Below are positions 1 to 11,348 of a stretch of 64,000 nt of DNA, in pieces. The DNA lies in the IMG/VR virus record IMGVR_UViG_3300045988_091674, one strand, 5' to 3'. The notes below the pieces were generated by a model. It searched no databases and had not been told where the DNA came from. It worked only from the letters and a program-made list of their open reading frames with translations. The position numbers were made by a program, and so were the translations under genes. Each line of letters begins with the position of its first letter. Positions within the stretch are counted from its first letter, which is position 1. The stretch is from a virus.

Positions 1-385
1 GAATAAGACCATAGTTAAGTTGTAGAATTTTACGAATCGCTTCGTCAAACTCTGAACTTACAAGCGCATACCCTTTTCCATAAGGAATATCACCAATAGT
101 ATCGACGCCTTCTCTGCTACAAATAAATTTTTCACAGTATCCGTACGCAATGTCTGCGGTATCAATTACAATAGTTTGAAATTTTTCTTGCACTTCTGGA
201 GTTTTTAATTCACTAAACAGTTTCTTAAATTCGCCCCAGCTATTAATTGGCTAGGCGTATACTCCAGGTAATGCATTATAGCCTTTCTCAAAAGCAAGTA
301 AAAGTGCTTTTGGAAACTTGCTTGCGATAGTGGTTTTACCACTCTTTGGCGGGTGAGCGGATAACCCCGGACTATATCTTATCAT
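1..385 (-). CDS. P-loop NTPase (RecA/Sak4-like ATPase?), partial at window edge; one in-frame TAG
   Basis: Minus frame from ATG at 385 reads MIRYSPGLSAHPPKSGKTTIASKF...VIDTADIAYGY. Walker A is PPKSGKTT and a hhhhD Walker B-like IVIDTAD follows. One TAG is read as sense. The ORF runs off the window. Confidence 0.45.
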
Positions 386-470
386 ACTTATAAAGTACGA
401 TCTCAGCGCTTCGAATGGTGCTTATCTCCATTCTACTCTACTCACTCTATTATAGGTTTTCGATAGTCTC

Positions 471-956
471 TTAACCTTCCTCTTGTTTGAGGCTTGGCAC
501 AGGATTGCCGTTAGCTGTTTCCCTGTTAGCAAAATTATTAGCAGGCATTTCCTCCTGGTCTTGATTTAACTTAATATCTCCACTATGGATTTGACGATGG
601 CAATTTGCACATACTAATATACACTTATCTATTTCTATTTTTACTTTATCCCATTTGACGGTAGATGTCTTATCCCCTAAAGAGAAATCTTTTAAATTAG
701 GATCTTTATGGTGAAAATCATATACTGATAAAGGATATGATTTTCCACAACATTCACATTTATCTCCTTTATATTCAACAGCTTTCTTCTTTATTAACCT
801 TCGTATTAAAGCTGCATCATTACTTCTACCATCTGGTATACATTCATAACAACTTTTTCTAATTACAGAAGTATCTCTGTAATATTGAAATTGTTTTCCA
901 CAATACTGACAAGTGCAAGTTATCCATCCCGGATTTGAAATTTTCCCTTTTGGCAT
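471..956 (-). CDS. HNH homing endonuclease
   Basis: 161 aa ORF. HNH motifs VYDFHHKDP and ILVCANCHRQIH, with Cys-rich zinc ligands. Confidence 0.8.
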   Translation of the reverse strand: MPKGKISNPGWITCTCQYCGKQFQYYRDTSVIRKSCYECIPDGRSNDAALIRRLIKKKAVEYKGDKCECCGKSYPLSVYDFHHKDPNLKDFSLGDKTSTVKWDKVKIEIDKCILVCANCHRQIHSGDIKLNQDQEEMPANNFANRETANGNPVPSLKQEEG

Positions 957-1221
957 TTTATAGCCCTCCTTTTTCTTTTCTACTATTATTGAAAATAGGA
1001 AAGGGAAAATTGAAAAAGTTTAACCAATTAATTTTACACCTATTAAGCAATAGTTCACTGAGTTAGGTGACCCATATTAGCTAACGATTAATCACCATAA
1101 AAGAATACTGAATAACCTCTTAAATCTCTCGATACTTCATGAGGTTTAATATCTAACAAACTCATTTATATTCGCTCCTTATCAAAATATTTAGGGGAAA
1201 AGGGAGATAAACTCCCTTTTC

Positions 1222-2178
1222 TTAGAATTTATATTCTCCCTTTGCAGGAGCAGCAGTAGATGCTCCACTTAGAGCATTACCCTTTGTTGCTTGATACTCA
1301 TCTTGACGCTTTTTAATCTCAGCAAGAGTAACCTCACGCGCGGCCATCTTTTCATTAAGCTCAGATACGAGAAGAGTTTCCTCACTATCCCATTCATAAA
1401 TGTCAGGCTGTGCCCAGTTAATTACAAAATCACGCTGAGAGTTACGGACTTCTTTTACTCTGGAGTCGCCAAAAGCGCTCTCTTCCTCAACTTTACGAAC
1501 TACAGTCTTAGATACTTGAATTCCCTGCACTCTAGTAAAGACAGGAGAGCTAGAAGTGGCTCCCAAATTCTCGAAGTAATCCAAAGCCTTTTCCGGTGCA
1601 TATGGAGCATATACACTAAACTCAACAGGAAGAAGTGCTCCACGGAAATCAAATACGCATCCCTTTACAGTAACCTTCTCAGGAAGATCACGCTCTTCAT
1701 CTGCTTCTGCGCGCAATACTCCTGTAATTACCATATCGACATCAAAAGTAGCACGATTCTTCTCTTCTGCCAGCTCTTGAGTTACATGGACGAATCCGCC
1801 CTCATTTCTCTTGACACTTACAAGAGGGTGACCATTAGTATTATTATCATACCACTCATTTAGCCCAATAGCGGAATCAACGCGAATCTTTCCTGCGTTT
1901 TCCTTACCATGCTCCATTACGGAACCAATCTTTCCATCAATGATATTCAAAAGAACTCCATAGGTTGAATTTGCTTTACCATTCTTGGTTGTCTCAGTTA
2001 CATAGCTAAAATGAACATCAACAACATTCAGCATATCATCGTCCGTGGCAATTCTCAAGATACCATTAATAAATTCGGTTCCAGGATTTTTAGAGTTCTC
2101 TCCAGAAACCTTCTTTTCAAGTTTATGTTCATAGACATACCCTTCGATGTGAGTGTTATTAATCATTTTCTTGCTCAT
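1222..2178 (-). CDS. hypothetical protein (possible ssDNA-binding or recombination-associated)
   Basis: 318 aa ORF with no in-frame TAG. Acidic and aromatic C-terminal tail (AAPAKGEYKF) reminiscent of SSB-like proteins. No firm motif. Confidence 0.3.
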   Translation of the reverse strand: MSKKMINNTHIEGYVYEHKLEKKVSGENSKNPGTEFINGILRIATDDDMLNVVDVHFSYVTETTKNGKANSTYGVLLNIIDGKIGSVMEHGKENAGKIRVDSAIGLNEWYDNNTNGHPLVSVKRNEGGFVHVTQELAEEKNRATFDVDMVITGVLRAEADEERDLPEKVTVKGCVFDFRGALLPVEFSVYAPYAPEKALDYFENLGATSSSPVFTRVQGIQVSKTVVRKVEEESAFGDSRVKEVRNSQRDFVINWAQPDIYEWDSEETLLVSELNEKMAAREVTLAEIKKRQDEYQATKGNALSGASTAAPAKGEYKF

Positions 2179-2560
2179 TACTTAATTCTCCTTTATATTT
2201 CTCAATATCAAAGTTTTTACCTTTTTCTGTCAGGGTATAGACAACAGGGTTAGAACCAAATTTTTCTACGAAACCATCTGACACTAATTTTCTGATTGAG
2301 CCAGATACTTTTCTTGAGGAAATCTCCATTCCATCTGCAATATCCTTTGCTTTTAAGGATTTCGCCTCATGTTTTTGAAGATGTTCAAGAATTTGTAATC
2401 CAGTTTCTGTAAAGAGAGGTTTCTCAACCTGCATATCTTGCTGTGAGCGAAGAATATTATAAAATTCTTGCACTTCATCTGGAATAGTGATTGGCTCTTG
2501 GTAATTAGCTACAAGCCAATCAAAATAATCTAAAAAGTTTTTACATTTACTCATAATCAT
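2159..2560 (-). CDS. winged-helix DNA-binding protein (MarR-like)
   Basis: 133 aa. Helix-turn-helix-like segment LKAKDIADGMEISSRKVSGSIRKLVSDGFV. Confidence 0.35.
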   Translation of the reverse strand: MIMSKCKNFLDYFDWLVANYQEPITIPDEVQEFYNILRSQQDMQVEKPLFTETGLQILEHLQKHEAKSLKAKDIADGMEISSRKVSGSIRKLVSDGFVEKFGSNPVVYTLTEKGKNFDIEKYKGELSNEQEND

Positions 2561-2607
2561 TTCCTCTTTATTTTATATACATATAATAACATATAAAATA
2601 AAGATTG

Positions 2608-3234
2608 TCAATCAGGAGTAATATCATCAAAAATTACAGGAATCTTTTCCTTGACTTTATTCAAACCGAGGATTGCAACTTCTCTCATTTGTGGATGCGC
2701 GGCTGGAGAGCAACGAAGCTTGAAGAAATGTCGCCACTCACGCAAGTCCGCAGTCATAACTACCTCAGTTTTTAAACTATTAGGCAGAACTGCTCTTGCT
2801 TCTTGTGGAGTGCAGCCTTCGAACAAAAGCTCAAAATATTTTTTTTCAGATTCCGCACAAGACATTTCCCATAGTATATATTTTGAACTATTTGGTTCAA
2901 GATAACAAGGTTCAATTACCGTAATTTCATTTCCAAATCCATCTTTTGAGTAATTACAATATCTCGTAGATTCCTAACAATAAGCTGCCAATCTATGGCG
3001 TACAATTTCATGACTTACGCCTCTATCGCAAATAAATTTAAGGGTAAAAGAACAATGCTCAAGAACCGCCTCATGGCCTCTCTTGATAATATTCTATACG
3101 AATTTTACAGCGCTATCTTCTGTAATTTTATCCTCGGATTTATAACATACTCTACCACACTATTCAATTCGTTTAAGGATTGTTTCACCATCAATAGGTG
3201 TAATAAGTTCAACATCTGGCTTAATAATCTTCAT
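2608..3234 (-). CDS. thyX: flavin-dependent thymidylate synthase ThyX, three in-frame TAG codons
   Basis: Codon-by-codon translation from ATG at 3234 gives 209 aa. ThyX signature HEIVRHRLAAYCQESTRY, and C-terminal ARAVLPNSLKTEVVMTADLREWRHFFKLR. TAG at 2974-76, 3094-96 and 3160-62. Ends in TAA. The ORF track shows only the C-terminal 85 aa. Confidence 0.8.
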
Positions 3235-3236
3235 AA

Positions 3237-3515
3237 TTATTCCTCACTTAAATTATATCCAATAAGTTTCATAGAAGGGTTTATCAATCGCAATAATGTT
3301 TCTGCTTCATCTATTACAATCTTATCCTTCATTCCTCTGCTGTGATTTAAATATTCTGAATAATTCATAAATCTAAGTCCAATAATTCCATAACTTTCCG
3401 CTTTACTTCTCATTGAGTGAGGGTTACTACATACGAATATAGCATTATTATCCTTAGCGTATTGCATTAACTGATAAGTTTTTCCAGTGCATCTATCACC
3501 AATAATTCTAAACAT
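3237..3515 (-). CDS. small P-loop protein (Walker A GDRCTGKT, Walker B VIDEAE)
   Basis: 92 aa. TAA stop is 2 nt before the ThyX ATG. NTP-binding motifs only. Confidence 0.4.
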   Translation of the reverse strand: MFRIIGDRCTGKTYQLMQYAKDNNAIFVCSNPHSMRSKAESYGIIGLRFMNYSEYLNHSRGMKDKIVIDEAETLLRLINPSMKLIGYNLSEE

Positions 3516-3919
3516 TAAGCTCCTCCTTTAGTTCCATTAAGACCTAATTCTTTAGTCTTATAGAACTCAATCCAATAGGTTTCTCTCTCGTTTAGTTTGT
3601 CTCTGGTTACTTCTTCTAAGACTTCAAACACGAAATTATGAACTCCAGATTTCTGCATAGCAGAGTATAACTTATTAGTTACCTTTCCATAGGTTAAAGC
3701 AGATTTAATATGCTATCTAAATCGTTCTTTTATATCAACCGATTGTCCAATATAGGACTTGCCTGTAGTTAAATCAGTTATTCTATAGATACCGCAATAT
3801 TTAACTGCCTTGGGAAACAAATGGGCCATTAAAATATCATAAGCTGGCTTATAATATACTTCCCATATTAGTTTATCTATACTTTCTTTCTTTACAAATC
3901 TTGGTTGTAATTCGCGCAA
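3515..3919 (-). CDS. GIY-YIG homing endonuclease with in-frame TAG
   Basis: CGIYRITDLTTGKSYIGQSVDIKERFR, then TAG at 3713-15, then HIKSALTYGKV...ETYWIEFYKTKELGLNGTKGGA ending in TAA at 3515-17 and overlapping the next ATG. N-terminal extent is uncertain. Confidence 0.6.
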
Positions 3920-4468
3920 TAACGTAATATCATTAATATCTATTTCATCAAGAGCAAGACGATAATAATCTTGATTAGAGTCAATTTCTTCCTATCTCTA
4001 TTTGGCCTAAATATAGGAAAGCTACTTAGCCTATAAATCAGCTAATTTCCCGGCTTCAATAGAAATTTTCTTTAGCAAATCTTGATTTTTAGCATCAAAA
4101 GTCAAAGAAAGTTCCTATTCTTTTTCTTTGTAGGATTTTACAAGTGCGGAGACGCGTGCCCAATAGGCTTCATCAGCTTGTTTCTAAGCACTTTCCCGCA
4201 TTTCTTCCTAAGATTTTAATAAAGAAGAAAGAATATCGTTCTCAAATGTTATATTATTTTTTATGTTAGATAACACTTCTCTATTATGTGCTATTTCTTT
4301 TTCTATTTCAGCGTTTTTTCTTTGATTATCTGTGTTAATCTAAACTACTTCAAGGGTTTGCTTTTTGAGATAATAGATATAAATTATTAACCCGATTATA
4401 GCTATTAATAATAATCCTATAATCATAATTAAAAAATCGGGAAGAGTTAAAACTCTTCCCGATAGACA

Positions 4469-4735
4469 TTACTCTTGTGCGTCGGGATCTAGATCAAGAC
4501 CACTCTGGGTAAGACGAAGATACTTTACCTTCTGATGGGAACCATCCTCAAGAGTTACTTCATCGGGAACGCGCTCGCCCAATCCCTTGCGCTGGAACGC
4601 AGAAGTAAAGATACCATCAACTTGACGCTTCTCAAGACCGAGAGCTTCAGCAACATCTGCGGCTGTCAAATTAGTATCATTGTTTTCCTTTAAATAATCT
4701 AAAACCTTACGAGTATTTTCTTTCATAGCTGCCAT
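4469..4735 (-). CDS. hypothetical small DNA-binding-like protein
   Basis: 88 aa. Resembles the 58513..58953 product in its N-terminal region. Confidence 0.3.
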   Translation of the reverse strand: MAAMKENTRKVLDYLKENNDTNLTAADVAEALGLEKRQVDGIFTSAFQRKGLGERVPDEVTLEDGSHQKVKYLRLTQSGLDLDPDAQE

Positions 4736-5042
4736 AATTAGACATTCTCCTTTAAAATATATTATTTATTGTTGTGTTGCTAAATCTTGAACCATAACAT
4801 CAATTTCTAGCAAAATATTTATCCCGTCATTCAATGCCATAATCTAATTAGTGATTTGCATAATTCGATTTTCAGCCCGGGATTTTTCCTCTTTTGAGGA
4901 AGATTCATTTTGGTGAATTTGCTCACACTAATATAGTTCTTTAGCGAGCTTTTTCATCTATTTTCGGGTCATATAATTTCTATCCTTTATCCCTGAATTA
5001 CAAATATATAATACAATAATTTTATTTTAGTGTCAAACAGAT

Positions 5043-6131
5043 TTATTTAAAAATTTCATCTATGAGACAGTCTTTAGCATCCTTATCATCCCTCATACAT
5101 TTGAAAACAGGGTGTCGTAGGGTATGATCTTTTCTATTGATGGACATACAATCAAGAGCTACTACGTGTCCAACAAAGTTTCCTGGAAACTCTGTCATTA
5201 GCCTTTTCATATCATCCGTAATACCTGAGCTAACTGTGCCAAGATCAACTAAATTATTATCATTATCGTATGCTCCAATTTTAATAGCTGATTTCCAGCC
5301 ATTATAATAGTATTTAGTTATTGGAACATACCCTTCCGTGATTAAGTCTCCTTTAGGTACAGCATCAATAAAATCACATAGCTCACCATCAGGACTTTCC
5401 CAATATGGCCATGTATCTAGCTCTTTCCCAGTGTATTCCTTTGTTGGAGGACAGAGACCTGTGCAAACTAAATCAATAGAATCCATTTGTTTGACTTTTA
5501 CTGTAGACCAAGCTGGACGTTTACCCGGAGTATATGGATAATCCTTTTTCTTTAAAACAGCTCCTTCTCCTCCAGAGTTTAAGATTTTAGAAATCTCTTC
5601 TTCAAGATTTTCAGTAATCTTTAGAGCCAATTTCAAGAAATCATATTGAGATAAATTATGTCTATTCCATACACCAGTAAGAATCTTATATCTATCTTCT
5701 GCGCCCAGATTAATTAAGTTAATTCCATCATACTCAATTATATCATGTATATAATAATGAATTGGATTATTTGCTTGTCTTTTAACAGCTAGTTCTGGTA
5801 AACATCCCATAACAGTTGTTACTGTTTTAGAAGTACACCCAGGGTAATATATTTCTCCTATTAAAATTGTATTAGGAGGCATACAATCAAGAGCTTCCAT
5901 AATATGGGGAACATTAGCTCCTTTTTCGGAGAGCAGCCCTGTTGTGGTACTGGTATTTCGCGAAAAAAGATAGCTATAATTCTCTGTTTTTTCATACTCA
6001 TACCAATAGCCGTCAATCTTTTCTTCTAGGAAGTAGTCTCCAGACTGGCAAATTTCTGAAAGCATAGATTCTTTTCCAGAAGGAAGTTTCCATACCTTCA
6101 TTGCATCTATCATTTTAGCTTCAGGATACAT
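5043..6131 (-). CDS. ATP-dependent ligase (DNA ligase-like nucleotidyltransferase)
   Basis: 362 aa. Motif I EEKIDGYW (KxDG), motif IV GGEGAVLKKK, motif V VKVKQMD. Size is close to T7-type DNA ligases. Confidence 0.6.
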   Translation of the reverse strand: MYPEAKMIDAMKVWKLPSGKESMLSEICQSGDYFLEEKIDGYWYEYEKTENYSYLFSRNTSTTTGLLSEKGANVPHIMEALDCMPPNTILIGEIYYPGCTSKTVTTVMGCLPELAVKRQANNPIHYYIHDIIEYDGINLINLGAEDRYKILTGVWNRHNLSQYDFLKLALKITENLEEEISKILNSGGEGAVLKKKDYPYTPGKRPAWSTVKVKQMDSIDLVCTGLCPPTKEYTGKELDTWPYWESPDGELCDFIDAVPKGDLITEGYVPITKYYYNGWKSAIKIGAYDNDNNLVDLGTVSSGITDDMKRLMTEFPGNFVGHVVALDCMSINRKDHTLRHPVFKCMRDDKDAKDCLIDEIFK

Positions 6132-6432
6132 TAATCAAACTCCTCATAATAAACATACACTCCCAAAAACGCCCCGATAGGAATTGCGTAGAGGAGTATA
6201 AACCAAACACTAACTTTAATCATTAGAATAAGTGGTAATGCAATAGAAATCATTATTACAAATAATATAACAATACCCGCTAGAGCAAAGAGAGCAATCT
6301 TTTTTTAATTTATCTCTATCGTCCATACTATAACCTTTCTTATTATAATATTACTTTTATTATATATAATATTATATTCTTATTAAAAATAAAAGTCAAC
6401 TAAAGATAAGAGTAGCAAAGCTACTCTTATCT

Positions 6433-8796
6433 TTAAATCTTAGATGTTGAAATTATTTGCTCATTATCTTTCAGCATAATATTTCCCATAGAAGTTCTAT
6501 TTAACAAAGGAAAATCTGACACTTTAATAACTATAGAAGTTTTATTTCCAGAAATTAAAATCAGATCATCATCATTCACTAACTCTGCACCCGAGATAGC
6601 ACCTTTATAACAGGAGATGCCCTTTCCTCCACGGTTTTGCAATGTAAATTCTTTTAACTCAACCTTTTTTCCTAATCCGTTAGAAGAAACAATAGCCAAA
6701 TATTTAGATTGGTCGATAGGCAATGCTGCAATTACATAATCATCTTCTGCAACATTCATGCCCTTAACTCCTTGCGCGGTTCTGGAAGAAATTGGCATTT
6801 CCGCAGTTGGGAATCTAATAACCATACCATTCTTTGTAACTAACATCATTTCCTCTTGATTGATAAATGTGATTGAAGAAAGCTCGTCGTTTTCTTTTAG
6901 CTTAATAGCAACGATACCGGTTCTCTTCATTGCATCATACTCTTCTAAGGGAACCTTTTTAATAATTCCTCGTTTTGTAGCAAAGAATATAAACTTTTTA
7001 TCTGTATCTCTTGCTAAAGTAGTATAAGCAATAGGAACTTCATTATCTTCAAATTCAATAATTGCTGATAACGGAGTGCCAACAGAAGTATTAGTTCCCT
7101 CGGGAATATTATCAACAAGGACACGATACATTTTTCCTTTTGAAGAAAAGACCATCAACATATCTTGTGTATTGGTTTTTTGTGAAAATACTGTAATATC
7201 TCCATTGGTCTTTACCCCAGTAGTATTTCTCTTCTGAGACTTAAAATTCTTTATATCTATTCTTTTTACGGTATTCTTTTTTGTTACTATTACCATACAG
7301 TCTTTGGCTTCTACTACTACTTGCTCTTTCTCAGCCTTAGGAATATCGGTATTTAGAAGTTTTGTTCTTCTGGCATCACCATATTTATCTCGAAGTTCTT
7401 TAATTTTAGCAGTAAGTTTAAGATTTCTAACTTCTTGCTTTGTTAGAATTTCTACACATTGAGCAATAAAACTTCTCTTTTCTTGAAGCTCATTTATTAA
7501 TTCATCCTTATCAATTCTTGTAAGTTTTCCTAATTTCATATCCAAGATGGCACCAGCTTGAATATCATCAACAGATAAGAACTCAATCAACTTTGCTTTC
7601 GCATCTGCCCTTCCCGCAGACTGCTTAATTAAACTGATTACTTCATCAATTTTATCAACTGCGGCGATTAGCCCTTCAAGAACGTGTGCTCTTGCTTCGG
7701 CTTTCTCTTTATCAAATTTAGTAGCGCTAATTAATACAGTCTCTTGATGTTTAATGTATTCTTTAAGCAAATCCAGCATTGAGCATAATTTAGGAGTTCC
7801 ATTTACAATATAATTCATATTGTATGATAGAGTAGATTGTAAATCAGTTAGCAGGAATAAGGTATTAAGAGCTTTAGAAACAGATACACCAGATTTTATA
7901 TGGAATACTAACTTATTTTGCCCAATATTGGATTCATCATCGAAATCATCCAATAGCTCACTAAATGTGTCTATATTCTTTTCAATTTGCTCCTTTATCT
8001 TGTTTCTGTAAGTTCGATAAGGGATACTTGTAAAGGTAATTGTTTGCCCATCTATCTCATAGTCGCCTTGAATTTTAAGAGAGATTTTTGATTTTCCAGT
8101 TTCAAATGCGGACTTTATATCTTTGATATTTAGGACAGTTCCGCCAAGAGGGAAATCTGGCCCGGGCATATAAGAAAGCAATTCATCAATAGTAAGATCG
8201 CCCTTTTCGATTAGAGCAATGGCTGCGTTACATACCTCTGTTAAATTATGCGGGGCTGAATTATGCGCCATAGAAATTCCGATAGCTTGTCGTCCGTTAC
8301 AGATAGCATTAGGAAATAAAGAAGGAAGAACTACAGGTTCCATAAATTCTCCATTATAAGTTTCTTTAACTGGAACGACTTCCTTCTTGTAGTCATTCAT
8401 CATTAAATCAGCAAATAATGAAGGTTTAGCCTCTGTATAACGAGAGGATGAAAACATATCATTATTTTCTTGAGTTCCCAGTTGCCCCTGACCTGTAATC
8501 AGTGGGTATCTCATTAAAAATGATTGAGCCATTTTTCTCAAAACGCCATAGCAAGCTATATCACCATGGAAGTAAGATGTTGCAAGAGTAGAGCCAACAA
8601 TAGCATTACACTTTTTTGTTTTACTCTTATTATCCATCTTTAAATAATCTTCCATAGTCCAAAGAATTTTTCTTTGGGCGCTTAGAAGTCCATCTTCTGC
8701 GGCTGGGATAGCTCTATCAGTAAGAACCTCTTCTGCATAAGTTAAGAAGTTTTCTTTAGCTTCATCAAGAATATCAACTTCAGTAATTAAACTCAT
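6433..8796 (-). CDS. type II DNA topoisomerase subunit A (GyrA/ParC-like)
   Basis: 787 aa with no TAG. Active-site-region motifs RYTEAKPS and ISMAHNSAPHNLTEV are like GyrA. Confidence 0.8.
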   Translation of the reverse strand: MSLITEVDILDEAKENFLTYAEEVLTDRAIPAAEDGLLSAQRKILWTMEDYLKMDNKSKTKKCNAIVGSTLATSYFHGDIACYGVLRKMAQSFLMRYPLITGQGQLGTQENNDMFSSSRYTEAKPSLFADLMMNDYKKEVVPVKETYNGEFMEPVVLPSLFPNAICNGRQAIGISMAHNSAPHNLTEVCNAAIALIEKGDLTIDELLSYMPGPDFPLGGTVLNIKDIKSAFETGKSKISLKIQGDYEIDGQTITFTSIPYRTYRNKIKEQIEKNIDTFSELLDDFDDESNIGQNKLVFHIKSGVSVSKALNTLFLLTDLQSTLSYNMNYIVNGTPKLCSMLDLLKEYIKHQETVLISATKFDKEKAEARAHVLEGLIAAVDKIDEVISLIKQSAGRADAKAKLIEFLSVDDIQAGAILDMKLGKLTRIDKDELINELQEKRSFIAQCVEILTKQEVRNLKLTAKIKELRDKYGDARRTKLLNTDIPKAEKEQVVVEAKDCMVIVTKKNTVKRIDIKNFKSQKRNTTGVKTNGDITVFSQKTNTQDMLMVFSSKGKMYRVLVDNIPEGTNTSVGTPLSAIIEFEDNEVPIAYTTLARDTDKKFIFFATKRGIIKKVPLEEYDAMKRTGIVAIKLKENDELSSITFINQEEMMLVTKNGMVIRFPTAEMPISSRTAQGVKGMNVAEDDYVIAALPIDQSKYLAIVSSNGLGKKVELKEFTLQNRGGKGISCYKGAISGAELVNDDDLILISGNKTSIVIKVSDFPLLNRTSMGNIMLKDNEQIISTSKI

Positions 8797-8813
8797 TATT
8801 CCACCACCATCAT

Positions 8814-10703
8814 TTAATCAAAATTAAATCCAAGCTCATTGGCATTGTCATAAATATATTGCTTTCTAGGTTCAACTGCACTACCCATAAGGACATTTAA
8901 TAGCTTTGTAGCCTCTTCTGCATCAGAGATAGTGATTCTCTTATATCTTTCGTTCATGAAGCAAACTTTCTGCAAATCTTCTGGATTTAATTCTCCGAGT
9001 CCTTTTGCTCTTAAAATATCATAAGAGCCATTATGACTTTTTTTCCACTCTTCTAGCTCATCGTCAGAGTAACAGTAGTATTCGTTTCCTCTTTGGCGAA
9101 CAATATATAAGGGGGTTACAGCTCGATATAGCTTACCTGCCTCTACCAATGGACGCATATAAGTAAAAAAGAATGTAATAAGCATTAGCTCAATATCTGC
9201 TCCATCGCTATCAGCATCAGCGGTAATAACTACTTTATCAAAGTTTATCTTTGATACATCAAAAGAAGTACCAAATCCACCACCTATAACTCTAACTACA
9301 TCAGACATTTCTTGGTTAGATAAAATCTTCTCTATGGCAGTTTTCAAGGGAGAAATAATTTTACCTCTTAGCATATAAATACAGTCTGTTTTTGGATTGC
9401 GGGCTTCTACGGCAGAAGCGCCAGCAGACAAACCCTCTACGAGAAGTAAATTTCGCTCTTTGGGATTTTTGTTTATGCAATCAATAAATTTATTACTAAT
9501 TTGCATTTTTGCCTTTAGTCCATTTTCTTTTTTAGGCTTTAATCCTCTGGCTGCTTCTCTAGCTTTTCTGGCTGCTTCTCTAGCTTTACGCGCATTAAGC
9601 GCCTTGTCCGCGATTCCTTTTATATCTTTTTCGTTTGCTGCAAACCAATATTGCAATTCCTCTGCTATTGCTTGCGTAAATGGTTTCATATCAAGTTTTG
9701 TGATTCTTGACTTAACCTGTGCGTCGTAGGCTACATTGGGGGCGGTAATATTAAAGACGAGATACATTCCTTCTTGACAGTCTTCGCCAGTAAGATTATC
9801 GTCTTTTTCTTTTAACCACCCTTTTTCACGGAAAAACTTATTCATTTCTCTTGTTAAAAGGGTTTTAATTTGCGTAATATGTGGACCTGTTTCTGTTAAA
9901 CCAGTATTAACATAAGGAACAATGGTAGAAGAATAATTATTTGTATAAGTTAGAGCTAAATCCAACTTATTTTTAGCTTCGGAAAAATTAATTGATAGAC
10001 GATTTTTTAAGATCTCTTTCCCTTTAACGGCCTCGTCTAGTAAATCCATTAGACCATTCTTTGAGAAGAATTCTGTTTTTTCTCCGTTGTTATCGAGCTT
10101 GATAGTTAAACCCGGACAGAGACATACAATAGTTTTAAACAGTTCAGTTAGAGCCTTTACATCTGGACGAGGATCAGTGAAAAACTCCTCGCTTGCTCTC
10201 CAGAATACAGAAGTTCCATGAATATTTTTATCAACCTCAGTAGAATCTCTATCTGCGAAAACTCCCTCATTAAAAGTGATTCGCTCTCCCTGTCCATCTC
10301 TATATGTTGTAACAATTAATTCGTGACTGAGATAAGTAGCGAGTTTACTACCGATACCAAAGCTACCTAAAGAAGTACCTTCATAAGTTCCATCTTCTCT
10401 ATATTTTCCGCTTGTGTTTAAAACACTAAAAGCAGCTTCAAGAATTGTCTTTCCATCTTCTCTAAAAGAATTTGGAATGAATCCTTGTCCCTGATCACCA
10501 ACTGTGACTCTTGCTCCATGGATTTCTACTGTGATTAAATTTCCATGACCTAATCTAAATTCATCAACAGCATTAGAGACAATCTCTACAACTAACTGCG
10601 TGGAAGTAGATGTGTCTCCGCAATAAACTCCGGGTCTTAAACGAGTAAATTCAAGAGGAGAAAGAGATTCAATACTTTTTTCATCATATAATTTTCCAGC
10701 CAT
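8814..10703 (-). CDS. type II DNA topoisomerase subunit B (GyrB/ParE-like ATPase plus toprim)
   Basis: 629 aa. Toprim EGLSAGASA...LRGKI, GHKL ATPase-like N-terminal domain. Lies immediately upstream of the A subunit. Confidence 0.8.
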   Translation of the reverse strand: MAGKLYDEKSIESLSPLEFTRLRPGVYCGDTSTSTQLVVEIVSNAVDEFRLGHGNLITVEIHGARVTVGDQGQGFIPNSFREDGKTILEAAFSVLNTSGKYREDGTYEGTSLGSFGIGSKLATYLSHELIVTTYRDGQGERITFNEGVFADRDSTEVDKNIHGTSVFWRASEEFFTDPRPDVKALTELFKTIVCLCPGLTIKLDNNGEKTEFFSKNGLMDLLDEAVKGKEILKNRLSINFSEAKNKLDLALTYTNNYSSTIVPYVNTGLTETGPHITQIKTLLTREMNKFFREKGWLKEKDDNLTGEDCQEGMYLVFNITAPNVAYDAQVKSRITKLDMKPFTQAIAEELQYWFAANEKDIKGIADKALNARKAREAARKAREAARGLKPKKENGLKAKMQISNKFIDCINKNPKERNLLLVEGLSAGASAVEARNPKTDCIYMLRGKIISPLKTAIEKILSNQEMSDVVRVIGGGFGTSFDVSKINFDKVVITADADSDGADIELMLITFFFTYMRPLVEAGKLYRAVTPLYIVRQRGNEYYCYSDDELEEWKKSHNGSYDILRAKGLGELNPEDLQKVCFMNERYKRITISDAEEATKLLNVLMGSAVEPRKQYIYDNANELGFNFD

Positions 10704-11165
10704 TTATTCACCATACTCTCTTAAAATTTCTTCTTTAGTCATTCTTTCAGTGGCTAACGCGTCGGCTAGTTCATTATAAAGCTCACCATCATGACCTTTA
10801 ATTTTTCTTAGATCAATCTTGTAATCTTGTCTTAGCATATCATAAATTTTAATTAAATCAAGATTTTCAAGTTTCTTTCCGCCTGCGCGTACCCATCCAT
10901 TTGCTTTCCAGCTATTTATCCATGAATTGAAACTATTTACACAATAAGAAGAATCGCTATAGACTATTGGGACAAAGAAATCTCCCTCTTTTGCGCCATA
11001 GTGTTCTAGCGCATATATAATAGCTTTCATTTCCTCTCTATTGTTTGTAGTTTGTGGTTCACGCTCTGAGTAAGCGTCTATAACGACATCATTATCAACT
11101 ACAATAACTCCAAAACCTCCTGGCCCAGGATTACCTAGGCAAGAACCATCGGTATATATAGTCAT
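10704..11165 (-). CDS. rnhA: ribonuclease H (RNase HI)
   Basis: 153 aa. TDGSCLGNPGPGG, conserved E, D and H catalytic context, and C-terminal NELAD. Confidence 0.85.
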   Translation of the reverse strand: MTIYTDGSCLGNPGPGGFGVIVVDNDVVIDAYSEREPQTTNNREEMKAIIYALEHYGAKEGDFFVPIVYSDSSYCVNSFNSWINSWKANGWVRAGGKKLENLDLIKIYDMLRQDYKIDLRKIKGHDGELYNELADALATERMTKEEILREYGE

Positions 11166-11261
11166 AAGACATAAATCTCCTTTATTTTAATTCTTTTCAT
11201 TTTCTGAATATATAATATCATATATTTTAAGAAAAATCAAGCTACAAACAAATAAAGGCTT

Positions 11262-11300
11262 AATGGGATAAATACCCATTAAGCCTTTATATTAAATAGG
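11262..11300 (-). terminator. rho-independent terminator after the lysis cassette
   Basis: Hairpin aaaggcttaatgggtatttatcccattaagccttt followed by a T-rich tract on the minus strand. Confidence 0.6.
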
Positions 11301-11348
11301 GCCATCGAGATCAATAGGAATATCATTAGATGCCGAAAAATCTTCTGT